A DNA stretch of 64,000 nucleotides from NCBI RefSeq assembly GCF_006345805.1, contig NC_043004.1, positions 8,618,001 to 8,682,000 of the forward strand, read 5' to 3'. The position numbers and the translations under genes are program-made. The notes beneath the pieces are model-generated. The model did no database searches. It saw only the letters and a program-made list of their open reading frames with translations, and was not told the origin of the DNA. Of the stretch, positions 51,317 through 64,000 are shown piece by piece. This stretch comes from Octopus sinensis. Lineage: Eukaryota. Numbering within the stretch: position 1 is the stretch's first letter; each line of letters opens with the position of its first letter.

Positions 51317-52295
51317 GTTACTTTCTTCAGTATTTTCTGGTTTGCTCGTTGTGTCTAGAAACTAATGAGTTTTTCTAGTTCAGTTGCTGCCTTCAACTTA
51401 TCTATCCGAACTTTGGTGTCATACTTTACAAAGTCTGCCAATGTTAATGAAATTTGAATGCAAAAATAATTTCTCACATTGGTGCCAGGCCAAAACTTTG
51501 AGGTTGGATGGAGGCGTTTTTCGATTCAATTGAACCGCAGTGATTCACTCTCGTAATTCTATTTTCTCGATCTCGACCGATGAAAGGCAAAGTCAACATC
51601 CGAGGAATAAAAGTTAGCAGCATTAAGATCCCGAACTAAACACCACAAATCATTTTTGTTCAGTAATCTTTTTATTTTTTACTTGTTTCAGTCATTGGAC
51701 TGTGGTCATACTGGGGCACTGTTTTGAAGAGTTTTAACCAAACATTCCCTACCTCCTCCTTTGTACTTTCTAACTTAGGTGAAACGCCTCGGTTTTGGGG
51801 GGAACATTTAGTGGCTTAAATCAATTGAGATGGTTGGATGGTTCTCCATTTTATCTTCCTCAAAAGATTGTCAAATACAGACCCGGCAGAATAATAATTT
51901 CATACTTGCAGGGAATTGTTACGCTGTTTACTTAATTTCAAATCCCGATGTTTCGATTTTACATTTCATCCTTCCTTGGTACATAAATATCATCCTTTGA
52001 GTGGACGTGAAATAATTCGTTTTTAATGGTGGAGCTCGAAGTAGTTAAAGCTATAAATAATAGTGTATTGCTATTGGGCAAAAACATCCTTGGATAGAAA
52101 CGCAACCTCCCACTTTTATCTACCCAAAGGTTTTTTTAACGTATTATTTACAGGATATTCTAGCTTTGTCTCCTTCGAGATCCACCGTTAAAAACGGTTT
52201 AAGTACGTGAGGTGCTTTCTGTTAATTGTATGATTTGGGAGAGCGCCAGTTCAGACAATTTGGAAAAGTTGCTCGATATTTCTGAATTGGTCCCG

Positions 52296-52510
52296 GCTCA
52301 CCGTGTTCTCTTTCCTGAGGTTTGACGGGTTGTGTTTATTGACCACAAGCCACAGGGTCACGGCAAATATCTTACGGAGATGGGGACTATCGAGACTCTG
52401 CTCGGCCCTTCGATTGGGAGGATCCGAGAATATACCGACAATGGCGAATGCAACAACGCCCTGCAGCTGCACATGCGCGTCTTATCTGACCTGACCTGAC
52501 CAATGACTTG
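52296..52510 (-). promoter_or_regulatory. Candidate CpG-rich promoter and non-coding first exon
   Basis: 14 CpG in 52291-52480; CCAAT at 52500-52504; TGACC three times at 52487-52501; AGATAAG (minus) at 52481-52487; NRF1-like TGCACATGCGCG at 52468-52479; donor-like ACG/GTGAGC on the minus strand at 52302/52301. Confidence 0.4.
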
Positions 52511-52934
52511 GAGTTCACCCAGTCAGTTGCGCTCTGTCTCTCACACGTTCGAGGCCTTGTACTCATACAGGCAAATTTTATACTAACACTGTTGCTTTGC
52601 CAAAGACCAGGCTGTGTGGATTCACTCATTCTGAACAAAAACGTCTGTTTATCTCACATCTAATGCTTTCCTTGAACTGCAGTTAGTGTCTTCTACTGTA
52701 AAACATAAAAAAGATAAAAGAGGAAATTGCAAGGCAAAAGGAATCAACTGACTGAACAGATTTCTATTAAAAGAGAGAAATAAAATAAAATGAAGGCTTT
52801 ATCACTGAGACCAGACTGACATCTTTCTCTCTCAATGATAGCACTGAATGAATGAAACAACTGTCGAGAGAGTCACACACACACACACACACACCACACA
52901 CACAACACACACACACATATACACATATATATAT

Positions 52935-52990
<56 letters not shown>

Positions 52991-53257
52991 CATTCATATA
53001 CATATATATATAAACATTAATATGTATATATGTACATGTGTATATGAATGCATATATATATTGTTTGTGCGTGTGTATGTGTATTTCTTCTGTCATTCTG
53101 CATATACTGCTTACATAAACCTAGGCTCTGCTTCTCCAACTGCAAAACTTACCAAAAAAGAAAAATATTAAAAACAAACTTAACGGTGAGTAAGGTATTA
53201 GTTGTGGTGGTAGCTGTGACCACCACCTTAGTAATATTTGCAGCAGCAGCAGCAGTA

Positions 53258-53292
<35 letters not shown>

Positions 53293-53797
53293 TAAAAACG
53301 GTAAGATAACAAAAGAAAGAAAGAGACCTCAATATTATGTAAATAGAGGAAATTTATCTGTAAAATAATATGTGACAATTATTCGGTAGCCAAGATAAAA
53401 CTCTTGGAAAAAAGTCAAGGTAGAAAATGCTAAAATAATTTGAAACTTTTTCAACTCTAAGTATGGAAAACAATTAAATTTTGGAAAAATTAAATGAAAA
53501 GTATTTAAAAAAAAATATTTGTATAGTATTCAAATACAAGGGGCATTTTCCTTGTTTCTGCTTGTCTCTGTTTCTCTTGTTTATTCTGGTGGATTCGAGG
53601 TCGTTGTGAATTCTTGGCAGAGAATATATATGTATATATAATTGTCACGCGCCCAGTGCACCTAATCGTGTGTGTGTAAATACGATATGCACTTCAATTA
53701 AACTCTCACTTCTGGCTCTAATGTTGGTCGCGTTAAACTCCCACCGTCGCTTGTACACACACGTTGTCCGTATTTCATGGTAAACTAAGACGCAATA

Positions 53798-54249
53798 CAG
53801 TAATCCCTCGACTATCGCGGGTGTTACGTACCAAAACACCCGCGATAGGTGAAAATCCGCGAAGTAGAAAAAGTGCTGTACTGTATATATTTTAAAATTA
53901 TTTTTATAATTTGAATATATTTATTTATGGCGATTGTCCTTTGGGCAATCTTTCATTTTGTTCACTCATCTGCGGTACACTACGTATTTTCTTTTTTAAC
54001 ATATTTTAATTAATATGTTATGGAGTGCAGTACTGTACTGCATTATTATATAATTAAGTTTTAGGCGTGAAAATGCTTATTTTACCACAGAAATAATTAA
54101 AATATAAAAACATATAAATACCTATAGTCCGTAGAAACCCGCGATATACTGAGGAGTCCGCGATATAAATGTACATATATTTACCAGAAAAAAATCCGTG
54201 ATGTACTGAGAGCATGATAGGTGAACAGCGATATGGCGAGTGATTACTG
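53798..54249. mobile_element. pogo/Tigger-like MITE, 452 bp
   Basis: TA at 53796-53797 and 54250-54251; left CAGTAATCCCTCGACTATCGCG, right end reverse complement CAGTAATCACTCGCCATATCGC; AT-rich non-coding interior. Confidence 0.85.
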
Positions 54250-56273
54250 TACAAAGAACACAGCGATAATAATAATGTATTTCTTTATCGATTGTCTGAC
54301 GATGTGTTTCCTCAATGTTAGCTACTGGTCGCATTTGCAGTGTGAAGTTATCTTTTGCCGAATAATGCAAGACATGTAACAAGTGGAATAAAGGTGTGCC
54401 CATTTTCTTTTCTTTTGTGTGGCAAGAAGCTTGCTTCCCAACCACATGGTTGGGCTTCCATGCAGTTTCCGACAATCAAATTTCACTCACGATGCATTGA
54501 TTAACCCGAAGCAATGGTGCAACATACTTGCGCAAGGTGCCACGCAGTGAAATGGAACCTAGAACCGCGTAGTTTGGAAACAACCTTCTCAACCAGGCAG
54601 ACATCCATGTTTGCGTTTAATTCAACGCAGTTCAAATCTCCTTTTACTGCATTTATAATAAATATAACATCCTGACATTTTATAAAATACGTATTTTCCA
54701 CTGTCATATAACATTTATTGCAAGGCAGTAATATCTGGATGTGAGCCATCTTTTCAACGCCTCCACCCACCTCGTAGTCAACTGAAAATATCAACGCTTA
54801 TTATGTGTCTATAGAGGCAAGCAAAGAATTTGGGGATGTGTGACAAGGTAGCAGAGCGAGGAGTAATAATGTTCTACTTATATCAAGGTCACAAGTTGCA
54901 CTTTAACCTTTTTCAAACTTTTCTTTTTCCCTTTTTTACCCTGTATTGTTTTTTTTTGTTTTTGTATTTGTAACTTTTATTTTTCTATGAATTGTGTGTG
55001 TCTGTGTGGAGGGGGGGTCTACGTAAGGTATGAGAGAAAAATTTCGATCTGAGAATTGTCATCAGTATTATTGGTATTTCTCGAGTTAATCTAATTGGAT
55101 GTAATTAAATTAACTTTCGGGGAAAATGCAGATTAATATATCCTTATTTTGCACAGACACAAACAGAAAACAACATTTGTTGCTAATGGAATTCACAATG
55201 GCGAACTACATAGGCTTACGTCACGTGTAATTATGGAATCTACTCTAGGTGGAAGTTAGTTATTATCATTATTATGGAGAAATTAGCTGAATCGATTAAA
55301 CATCGGATGAAATATCTTGCAGTATTTAGTTACGGTCCTTCACATTCCGAGTTCAAATCTTGCCGAAATCTTAAATGGGTTTTCATCCCTCCAAAGTTGA
55401 TGGAATAAAGTACCAGTCAGGTCGTGAGATTGAATTAATCCACTGTAATCCACCCTCAAAATTGTTTACCTGATACTTATCAAAACAAAAAAATCATTAT
55501 TTTAAATAGTGGTGGATTGGCAGCAATTTAGAGATTTGAGCAATCCTTCGGTTTTGGTAGACGACACCATTCACCCACTCAACCTTCTTTCGTGACAAAT
55601 AAAGATGTGATGCTGAAAAAGAGGGTGAATGAGGTAGTCTCCTCATACTAACACTTCTTAGACCAATATCGAAGGATCGCCATATATTTAGTCCTTTTAT
55701 AAGCAGTTTTTTTTTTACGCAGATATACGTATGAGAGTCGCAATTGAATCAAGAGCAAATAATCTGTTTTCGTTAATCTTGACAAGATATATTAAATAAC
55801 GAATAAAATTTTTCCACAAATGCATAACCTTTGAGATTACTTGAGCTGAAAAAAGAAAACCAGATTAAATGGCAAACTTGCTTGAATGTTCAAAAGTTTT
55901 CAGGAATAGATCTTCTTTCGTATTCTAACATTTTTTTTTTCATTGACTGTGTGGAAATAATGTTATCCAGGAATACATCCATAAATAAATAAAAGGAATT
56001 TTTATCCCTCTATCAAATATTTACATTCAGCTAATAGTTGTCTGTAGCCTGTATTTCAATTTGTACCTCATCCACTATCATAACATTATCGCTTTCTATA
56101 TCTCGATATATCAGCCTCTATATACACACACATGGCCACATAAACCTCCTCTCTCAAACTCTGTTTCCTTCTCTTTCTCTCTCACTTTCTAGGGTGGTCT
56201 GTAGGACTTCATCTTTACTTGCGCGCTATCAAAAAATCGTTCACCGATGTACGTTAGTTTTGAGCCGCTTATC

Positions 56274-56348
<75 letters not shown>

Positions 56349-56538
56349 AGAAATTTCCAAATACGAACATAAACATTTATTTGTCTGTCTACATCCTCAT
56401 CAGCCAAACTTTAAAGACATCACTTAAGTTGTGACTCAATGAAAAAGCTTTTAGGATCCATTTTGTTAAAAGAAGCGAAAGTCAGATTAGATTAAGTGAA
56501 ACTAGACTATTTCCAGCAATCTGTGTGTGTGTTTGCAT

Positions 56539-56583
<45 letters not shown>

Positions 56584-56761
56584 TGTGCGTGTGTTCGGCA
56601 AGTTTGAACAAATCTCTTTAATAGAAAATATTCTCAACCTTAAAATGTTTAGTTCCAATGGAGATAGACACACACACTCAGCCATATAACAGTACTCGTA
56701 AAGGACAATTAAACCCTACGCTCGACTGTGTAGAGGGTACAACCTATATTCTTTGAATATT

Positions 56762-57081
56762 TATTTCTTTATTGTCTGCAGGGGGCTAAACTTAGAAGTA
56801 ACAAACAAGGACAAACAAAGGGATTAAATCGATTTTATCGACTCCAGTGCGTAACTGGTACTAATTTTATCGACCCCGAAAGGATAAAAGGCAAAGTCGA
56901 CTTCGGTGGAATTTGAACTCAGAACGTAACGGTAGACGAAATACCTATTTCTTTACTACCCACAAGGATAAAAGGCAAAGTCGACTTCGGTGGAATTTGA
57001 ACTCAGAACGTAGCGGCAGACTAAATACCGTTGCTAAGAATTTTGTCCGGTGTGCTACCGATTCTGCCAGCTTACCGCCTT
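56762..57081 (-). mobile_element. SINE family C with duplicated body
   Basis: AAGGATAAAAGGCAAAGTCGACTTCGGTGGAATTTGAACTCAGAACGTA occurs twice, separated by the tail sequence CTATTTCTTTACTACCCAC. Confidence 0.9.
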
Positions 57082-58384
57082 ATATACTCTATGAATAGTG
57101 CCACACAAGGATTTGATGTTTGTGCCTAAGATTATGACGTTCGTCTTTCCTGTTTCCAAAAATGACCAAATTAGTAGCTTGACTTTTTGTGGATCCTGGG
57201 GATGGTTTATTAGGATAATATTAGTTCACTGGACTGAAGCAGTGTAAAATAAAGTGTCTTGCTCAAGGCCAAAACCCGCCGTCAGCTATCGAACCCACGA
57301 TCGTAAGCCGAATACTCTAACCGCTATGCTACGCACTAACTCATACAGCTTTCTGTTCCACATATTTAAAAACATTTCAGTATCACCCAATTCAATGGGG
57401 ATTTTTTTGTCTGCGTGGGTTCATTTGATTCAGTGATGTTCTTCAAAAAACACGAGCGTCACAAATTCTCGTTTTCTTTTTATCATTAATCTGATAAATT
57501 GCATGGAAAGAATTGAATGATGTGATTGAAAACAAATGGTTACTGAAGACATCCGACATGAAATTGTTGTATACCATGTTTACAGATGTCTTCCCTGATT
57601 GTCTCTATCTTCCTCTCTCCTTCCTTTTCTTCTCCCACTTCTTTCCTGTATTTTCTTCCTCACGTTTACTGTCTATTGTCAACTTGCTCAACAAATATTC
57701 ACTCTATAATTATTGTTTTGTTTCTTTTTGTGGGTTTACCGAGGTTTTGCTTCTGTTCTCTATTAATTGTTATTCACTTGTTTTGGAAAGCTTTCTTTTG
57801 TCATATCGTTCGGCATTTCCTCACTCAAGCAAAACTTTAAGTTTTATTCTCATAGAACAACTTTTGAAAAAGAAATAAGGTCTTCTTTTATTTATCCTTA
57901 CCTCTACCTAAATCTTCCTGGCTCTCTAGCTGATACTGCTTGCCAAGAGGTGATATATTTGCCTTTTAAATACATCCTTTTAAGGCAAGCTTTCAGTTCA
58001 GTTTGCAAAATAAGGTACCCATGAGCCGGGCTTCAGTCCTCCGTTGATATAACACATCAATCCACCACATCTTTGCAAATACCCCCGCACCTTCCCACGC
58101 ATGTTACATAATTCAGACGACCCAATAAAACAGCTTTCGGGTTTTGTTTGTGTGCCTGAATGCGTGCCTGAGCGTATGGATGTGCGTTGAGTATATTGAG
58201 ACTGATGGGTCAAACGAATATTGATGGAACTTAAAGAGTAAAACAATCACCAAGTTAAAACACAATGTGGTCAGAAAAGTACAGGAGAAATAGGACAGCT
58301 GTGAATCACTGGTACTTTTCAAATCCAATACCCAAGATGCATTTTCAGTTACATGTTATTGAAGCAAAAAGATATGTAACAAAT

Positions 58385-58565
58385 GACTCGGAGTAAAGTA
58401 TAACCGAAGTTGAGTTCTTGGGCAGTAAATGTAACCCCTTAATCCATACGCTACAAATGATTGCGATATCTGGGACAATAAAAATCTGCAAGACATTCTT
58501 AAGATTTAGAGGCTGATGAACAAGACAAGATGCTTTCCTTAACAACCTTGCTACAAAGCAGATGA
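58385..58565 (+). mobile_element. 3' end fragment of an R4/Dong-like retrotransposon (same family as 2890-3055)
   Basis: FLGSKCNPLIHTLQMIAISGTIKICKTFLRFRG* followed by a UTR containing ACAAGATGCTTTCCTT, shared with 3018-3033. Confidence 0.6.
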
Positions 58566-59083
58566 GTGAATTTAAATTAAAAAGAAAAAAAGAAAACATT
58601 CATACATATTTATGTATTTGTTTATATGTGTGTTCGCATGTAACATAATCGTCACCAAATTCTTTCTATATAAGTGAAGCCCTCGGTGACTCGATGAAAT
58701 TAAACTTATATCTTGGAAGCGGGGCTTGAAGTATTGTGTTTGTGAAACAGGGGCTCAATGAAGTTATGTTACTCTAATTACTTTTGCCTATTATTACCAG
58801 AACGGAATAAGTTATATACGCTTTGGTCGATGTAATTTAATTCTGCTGTGAACAATAAAAGAAACATTAGCGATCCTCTCAGACGTAGACAACATATCCC
58901 ATGTAGAGACAGCGACAGCGAAGGAGAAGCGCCTAATGTCATTTGACAAATCCTTGAATAAATTAGAGGCAAAAAGAGAAAACATTTGGGTTTAACAAGT
59001 CTGGTTTGTCTTGCAGTTACATCCTATCAGATTCATAGAATTTTAATGTTTAATTCTAGAATTGTTGACACACACACGCACAC

Positions 59084-59091
<8 letters not shown>

Positions 59092-59175
<84 letters not shown>
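59092..59175 (+). repeat. (GATA)n microsatellite
   Basis: Direct reading. Confidence 0.97.
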
Positions 59176-59506
59176 GTAAATATAAATATATGTGAGTGCC
59201 CACGTGTGAGTGCGTGTGTGTATGTGTAAATCTCTATATATAATATATACCAGCAAAAACATATGTAACATATACATATTTATACATGCTCACGCACACA
59301 CACACACACACACATATAAATATATAGATAGATAAACGTAAATATAAATATATGCGAGTGCCAGCATGTGAGTGCGTGTGTGTATGTGTGTGTGTGTGTG
59401 TGTATGTGTGGATGTAAATATCTATATATAATATATGCCAGCATAGATATATGTACATATACATATTTAAACATGCTCACACACACACACACGCGCGCAC
59501 ACACAC

Positions 59507-59562
<56 letters not shown>

Positions 59563-59581
59563 TCACACACACACACACACA

Positions 59582-59614
<33 letters not shown>

Positions 59615-60001
59615 GTTAAGAATGTTTCACGAGCCAGTGCTTTCGTTTGCACAGGATTGTCTGAAGAGCGTGAAAGCGCGCGAAACGTTCTGAAACAATG
59701 TTTTTTTTATATATTGCTGCATTGACTACTTTACACGTTTATTATTAGTCTTTCGCATGTTAGAAGCTGAAGCGAACATGTAGTCTATACTAATAATAGT
59801 GGCTTTTGACCTCTACTAATAACTGTTGTTTGTGTAACTGTTATGATCCTTCATTTATTCTTTCGCAAAGCAATAACGAAATCCGGTATAGAACTTGGTG
59901 AATACAGGTTTTTTTTTTTTTACATTGCCTAATTTGGCTAAAGTAACGGCAACAACAGAGGACAACCGGATGTAGAGGTATGGCGTTATAAGAGATAGGT
60001 C

Positions 60002-60040
<39 letters not shown>

Positions 60041-60229
60041 GATCGGCATTATGGTAATCACGAAAACTACCAAACTTAGCAGCAAACACGTTCAACGACA
60101 TTAATCCTGCAAAACAACGTTGGTGCCTTATCTGTTAATAGCTGCTTGGTTTATCTGTTGACAGAAATTGCTTTCTCAAACAGATGCATTGTTCTCTACA
60201 CTTTCGCTTCTGTAAAAGTAATTTGCTCC

Positions 60230-60269
<40 letters not shown>

Positions 60270-60453
60270 CTCTCCCTCATTCTCCAATCCTCTCCTCCCT
60301 TCTCTCTCTCTTTCTCCATTTCTTAGTTTGTTTAATGTGGGTATATTCATGCACGCACACACACACAGATGCAGGCACACATAATTACTACTGTTTTCGT
60401 GTGTGTGCATGTGTATGTATGTTTGTATGTACATATATGAATATATATTAATG

Positions 60454-60500
<47 letters not shown>

Positions 60501-61232
60501 CATTGTGTGTGTGTCACTATTTAGTTTTACTTCAAGATTTCTCGCATGTATGTATGACCCTCATAAAGATAGACACAATATTAGCAAACCGACATTATCT
60601 CGGCGAATGTCTGCTTACCATAGATTACTTGTGACTATTTACTTAGCCGTAAGCGTGCTTACTGTGTGAGCTTAGTAAAAAGTTCTGCATTTTCCGATCT
60701 ATTTTTAAGAAATTAATCAAGAAAACCCATTTAAAGATAGTTATTATCTGAAAATATGTTGTAACAACGGAGCTGCAGTAGATAAGAAGCTTTCTCTGAT
60801 CTGTGGATGAAATTATTTCGTGGTTACAATGTTTCGGTTTAGCTAGATCCCATGTGAACATGGATAAAGGCATATATAAATACACACAGGCATGTATTGG
60901 AAGTCCGCTTTCATACAGAATTAAAAATCTGTTTCTGAAGTCACAAAGTTTTACCATCGTCCCCCTGTGAAAAATCCAGTAATACATGTTACGGATAATC
61001 CGATAATACACTATGGATGATCTAGCAAATATGCTATTGATAATCGAATCGATTATATTATTTCCAATCAAACTTCTTAACTCGAAGAAATCGCCTCCGG
61101 GATTTACTCCAAGCCTCGTATTTATTCTATCGATCTTATGCCCAAGCGCTAAGTTATGAGGGCATGGTTGACGAGCGGGAGAGGAACAAGCACAAACACA
61201 TGCGCGCGCCCACGCACTTACACATACATATA

Positions 61233-61590
61233 TGCAATGGCCCAGTTGTTAGGGCAGCGGACTCGCGGTCGTAGGATCGCAGTTTCGATTCCCAGACCGA
61301 GCGTTGTGAGTGTTTATTGCGCGAAAACACCTAAAGCTCCACGAGGCTCCGACATGAGGTAGTGGTGTACTCTGCTGTATTCTTCCACCACAACTTTCTT
61401 TCACTCTTTCTTCCTGTTTCTGTTGTACCTGTATTTGAAAGGGCCTTGTCACACACTGTGTCACGCTGGATCTCCCTGAGAAATACGTTAAGAGTACACG
61501 TGTATGTGGAGTGCTCAGCCACTTGCACGTTAATTTCACGAGCAGGCTGTTCCGTTGATCGGATCAACTGGAACCGACGGAGTACCACGA
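61233..61590 (+). mobile_element. tRNA-derived SINE sharing the family B 3' half but with a different 5' half
   Basis: Head TGGCCCAGTTGTTAGGGC...GTTTCGATTCCC; 3' half GTACCTGTATTTGAAAGGGCC...CCACTTGCACGTTAATTTCACGAGCAGGCTGTTCCGTTGATC matches the reverse complement of 5990-6145. Confidence 0.85.
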
Positions 61591-61601
61591 TATATATACA
61601 T

Positions 61602-61632
<31 letters not shown>

Positions 61633-61638
<6 letters not shown>

Positions 61639-61888
61639 AGCTTAAATCTTATGGCGATCACCGTGCAATGACTAAGGAAAATAGTCTAATAAAGGGGCAC
61701 AGAAGCCCTCGACAGAAAAAAAAGGCTTTGCTATCAACACACTTAGTCGTATTAACAAAGGGATGTGGGTTCGTCTCCCACGCTGATAGGAAAGCCTTCT
61801 TTTTTCTGTCGAGGGCTTATATGTCCCTTTATTAGATTATTTTCCTTAGTCATTGCACGATGATCGCCATAAGCTTTCAGATTATATA
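61633..61888. mobile_element. Foldback element (MITE-like), about 104-bp arms and a 47-nt spacer
   Basis: 61633-61736 is the inverted complement of 61784-61888 with scattered mismatches and one indel; the arms end in TATATAA/TTATATA. Confidence 0.9.
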
Positions 61889-61963
61889 AAAATACCATTA
61901 TTATTATTTACAGGATTGTAAACTTGGCGCCGTATAACAAAACCATTCGCACCAAAAGCATAT

Positions 61964-61997
<34 letters not shown>

Positions 61998-63844
61998 CAC
62001 ACACACACACCACATATATATATGTATGACGTTTCTTGTTCATTGCAAATACCTTCGTTTTCGGTCTTGTGACTGTGAAAAGCAAAGAAAATTCGAACTT
62101 AGAACACAGAGGAACAAAACTAATGCCGCAGGACAACAAAACCCGTCTCATATTTATGAGTATAAAAACGTTGGTGTTTATTTATAACGTTTTGTTGTTG
62201 TCTTGCTGTGAAGACAAGATACAAGAAAAGATATAGGATAAGTTTGATGTAGGATTTGGTGTGTAATCTGATACTAGAGATTAGTGAGATATCTCGCTTT
62301 TAATTTCTGATATCATAAAAGATAAACTCTTATGCCAGCCAGCTTGTATTTTACTAAATCACATATACTGATGTCTAAACACTGAGAAACACAGCGTTTA
62401 GACATATTTAAAGTATGGAAGCGGTTGCCATACTTCGTTGTATGTGCAGATGTGCATTGCACATGCATTTATGCATTGAACGTGCATTCTATGCAAATAT
62501 ATAACATGAATAACTTTTTTTTTTTTTACTATTGACCTGTTTAACATAAAAATATATACATTTTGAAAAATTAGGCCACATTGACAATTTGTCTGTACTG
62601 GGACATCTTTACGCTAACAAGGAAAGGAATTCACACACGCACACATGCACGCACACACACACACACCACACACACACACACACACCACACACACACACAC
62701 ACACAAAGACAAATAAATTGTTTGTCAGTTTTGAGGTTAGAAGGAGAGAAAGAAAAATTTATAAAACGATGAGGAAAATTGAGATGAGACCAAATAACAT
62801 TACCGACCTCTTTCTTTTTGTCACCACTCTCTCCTCTCTCTCTCTCTCTCTCTCTTCTATCCTCTTTCTAGTCTCTCTCTCTCTTCTCTCTTTCCTTCTC
62901 TCTAACACTCTCTCCTTTCACTCTCTAATTTTCTCCCCTTTCTCTCCATTATTCTCTTCCTCTCTCTCTTAGACTATTCTTGCTCTTCGACCATATTTCT
63001 TCTCTCCTCTTCTACCTCCCCTCTTCCTCTCTCTCCCTCCCTCCCTTCTCAACGCACACATACATCATATCATTATGTCTCACTGACATATTTAACCCAC
63101 GTTCACCATTAGCCACGCCCCCTTATTTACATTTTTTTACACTAATCTCACTTAAGTCCCTTTGTATGTTTATGTACAGTTGCATTCACTACTTCACAAG
63201 CATCACACACACACACACACACATTATACGTACACTACACATTCACACAGGCATGTTTTGTATGTCACCATCGCCCCTTCACCCATACACAGGGAATATA
63301 TACTTGTTTGTGTAAACCACTGTAAATGCTAGACACCCCACCAGCCTCTCCACCTACTTTAGGGATTATAAAATTTTATTAAATCTTTCTTCTACTTTTT
63401 TCTTTTTTATTGCCTATTTTTAATAATAAACTTGCAGCATACTACAATACTCAAGTTAATGCTAGCATAACTAATAATTATTAGATTGCGAGAAGTATAC
63501 ACACGGCAATGAATTAGTGTAAATATGGAAGTGAACGAGGGTCACTGCGTTGTTGACAAGGTCGCATGCTATAACGACAGGACATTGACGTACTTGTTAA
63601 CAAATATTAACCAATACGTATATTTCGTACATAAATTATCTGTATATATAAAAGGCAGGATGTGTGTGTGTATGTGTGTGTGTGTGTGTGTGTATGTGTG
63701 TGTGTGTGTGTGTGTGTATGTGTGTGTGTGTGTGTGAGTGTGTACGTGAATGTAATTTATGCACGTCCACAAATTAGCACGCATGTCGCTCCTCCTCCAA
63801 TTTTAGAAGGATATTCGTCATGATCCTAACTGTTATTTTCGTCA

Positions 63845-63944
63845 NNNNNNNNNNNNNNNNNNNNNNNNNNNNNNNNNNNNNNNNNNNNNNNNNNNNNNNN
63901 NNNNNNNNNNNNNNNNNNNNNNNNNNNNNNNNNNNNNNNNNNNN
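63845..63944. other. Assembly gap (100 N)
   Basis: Direct reading. Confidence 0.99.
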
Positions 63945-64000
63945 AGCTAATTGAAAATATTCTTTCTGGAAAAAAAAACGAATAGAACATATTCGAAAGT

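Noticed and set aside
55225-55245. Isolated CRE/E-box motifs (TTACGTCACGTG here; ATCACGTGAT near 20886)
   Set aside because: Short motifs are expected by chance in 64 kb and have no supporting context.
57998-58246. Minus-strand ORF with Cys/Gly-rich stretch (ESCFIGSSELCNMRGKVRGYLQRCGGLMCY)
   Set aside because: No recognisable family or exon boundaries; it lies beside a retrotransposon remnant.

Overview
AT-rich eukaryotic DNA crowded with simple repeats (CA/TG, TA, GA, CATA/TATG, GATA, TAA/TAT, CAT/CAC) and tRNA-derived SINEs. The SINE families and microsatellite load point to a coleoid cephalopod, most likely an Octopus species (inference). I found no intact host protein-coding gene; nearly all listed ORFs are microsatellite read-throughs. 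Recognisable coding remnants are all from mobile elements: a Penelope-like GIY-YIG endonuclease (1-600, minus), a TIR-complete but dead DD41D (rosa-type) mariner (4663-5898), R4/Dong-like 3' ends (8857-9045, 2890-3055, 58385-58565), a CR1/L2/Jockey-like RT remnant (19460-20260), probable LINE ORF1, piggyBac and Tc1 remnants, and several MITEs. The most notable observation is a small dispersed element with a tRNA-like Pol III head, an (AAT)n linker and a Penelope-type minimal hammerhead ribozyme motif. It is seen at 48.25-48.77 kb (head on one arm only) and as a headless, truncated copy at 12.6-12.76 kb; both loci are 5'-to-5' inverted pairs. A second hammerhead-like motif lies at about 6.87 kb. 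Also present: a 1-kb tandem duplication that may be an assembly artefact, a 256-bp foldback element, a CpG-rich candidate promoter/first exon near 52.3-52.5 kb, and a 100-N gap at 63845-63944. Repeat boundaries were placed by eye and are approximate unless TIRs or TSDs are quoted.
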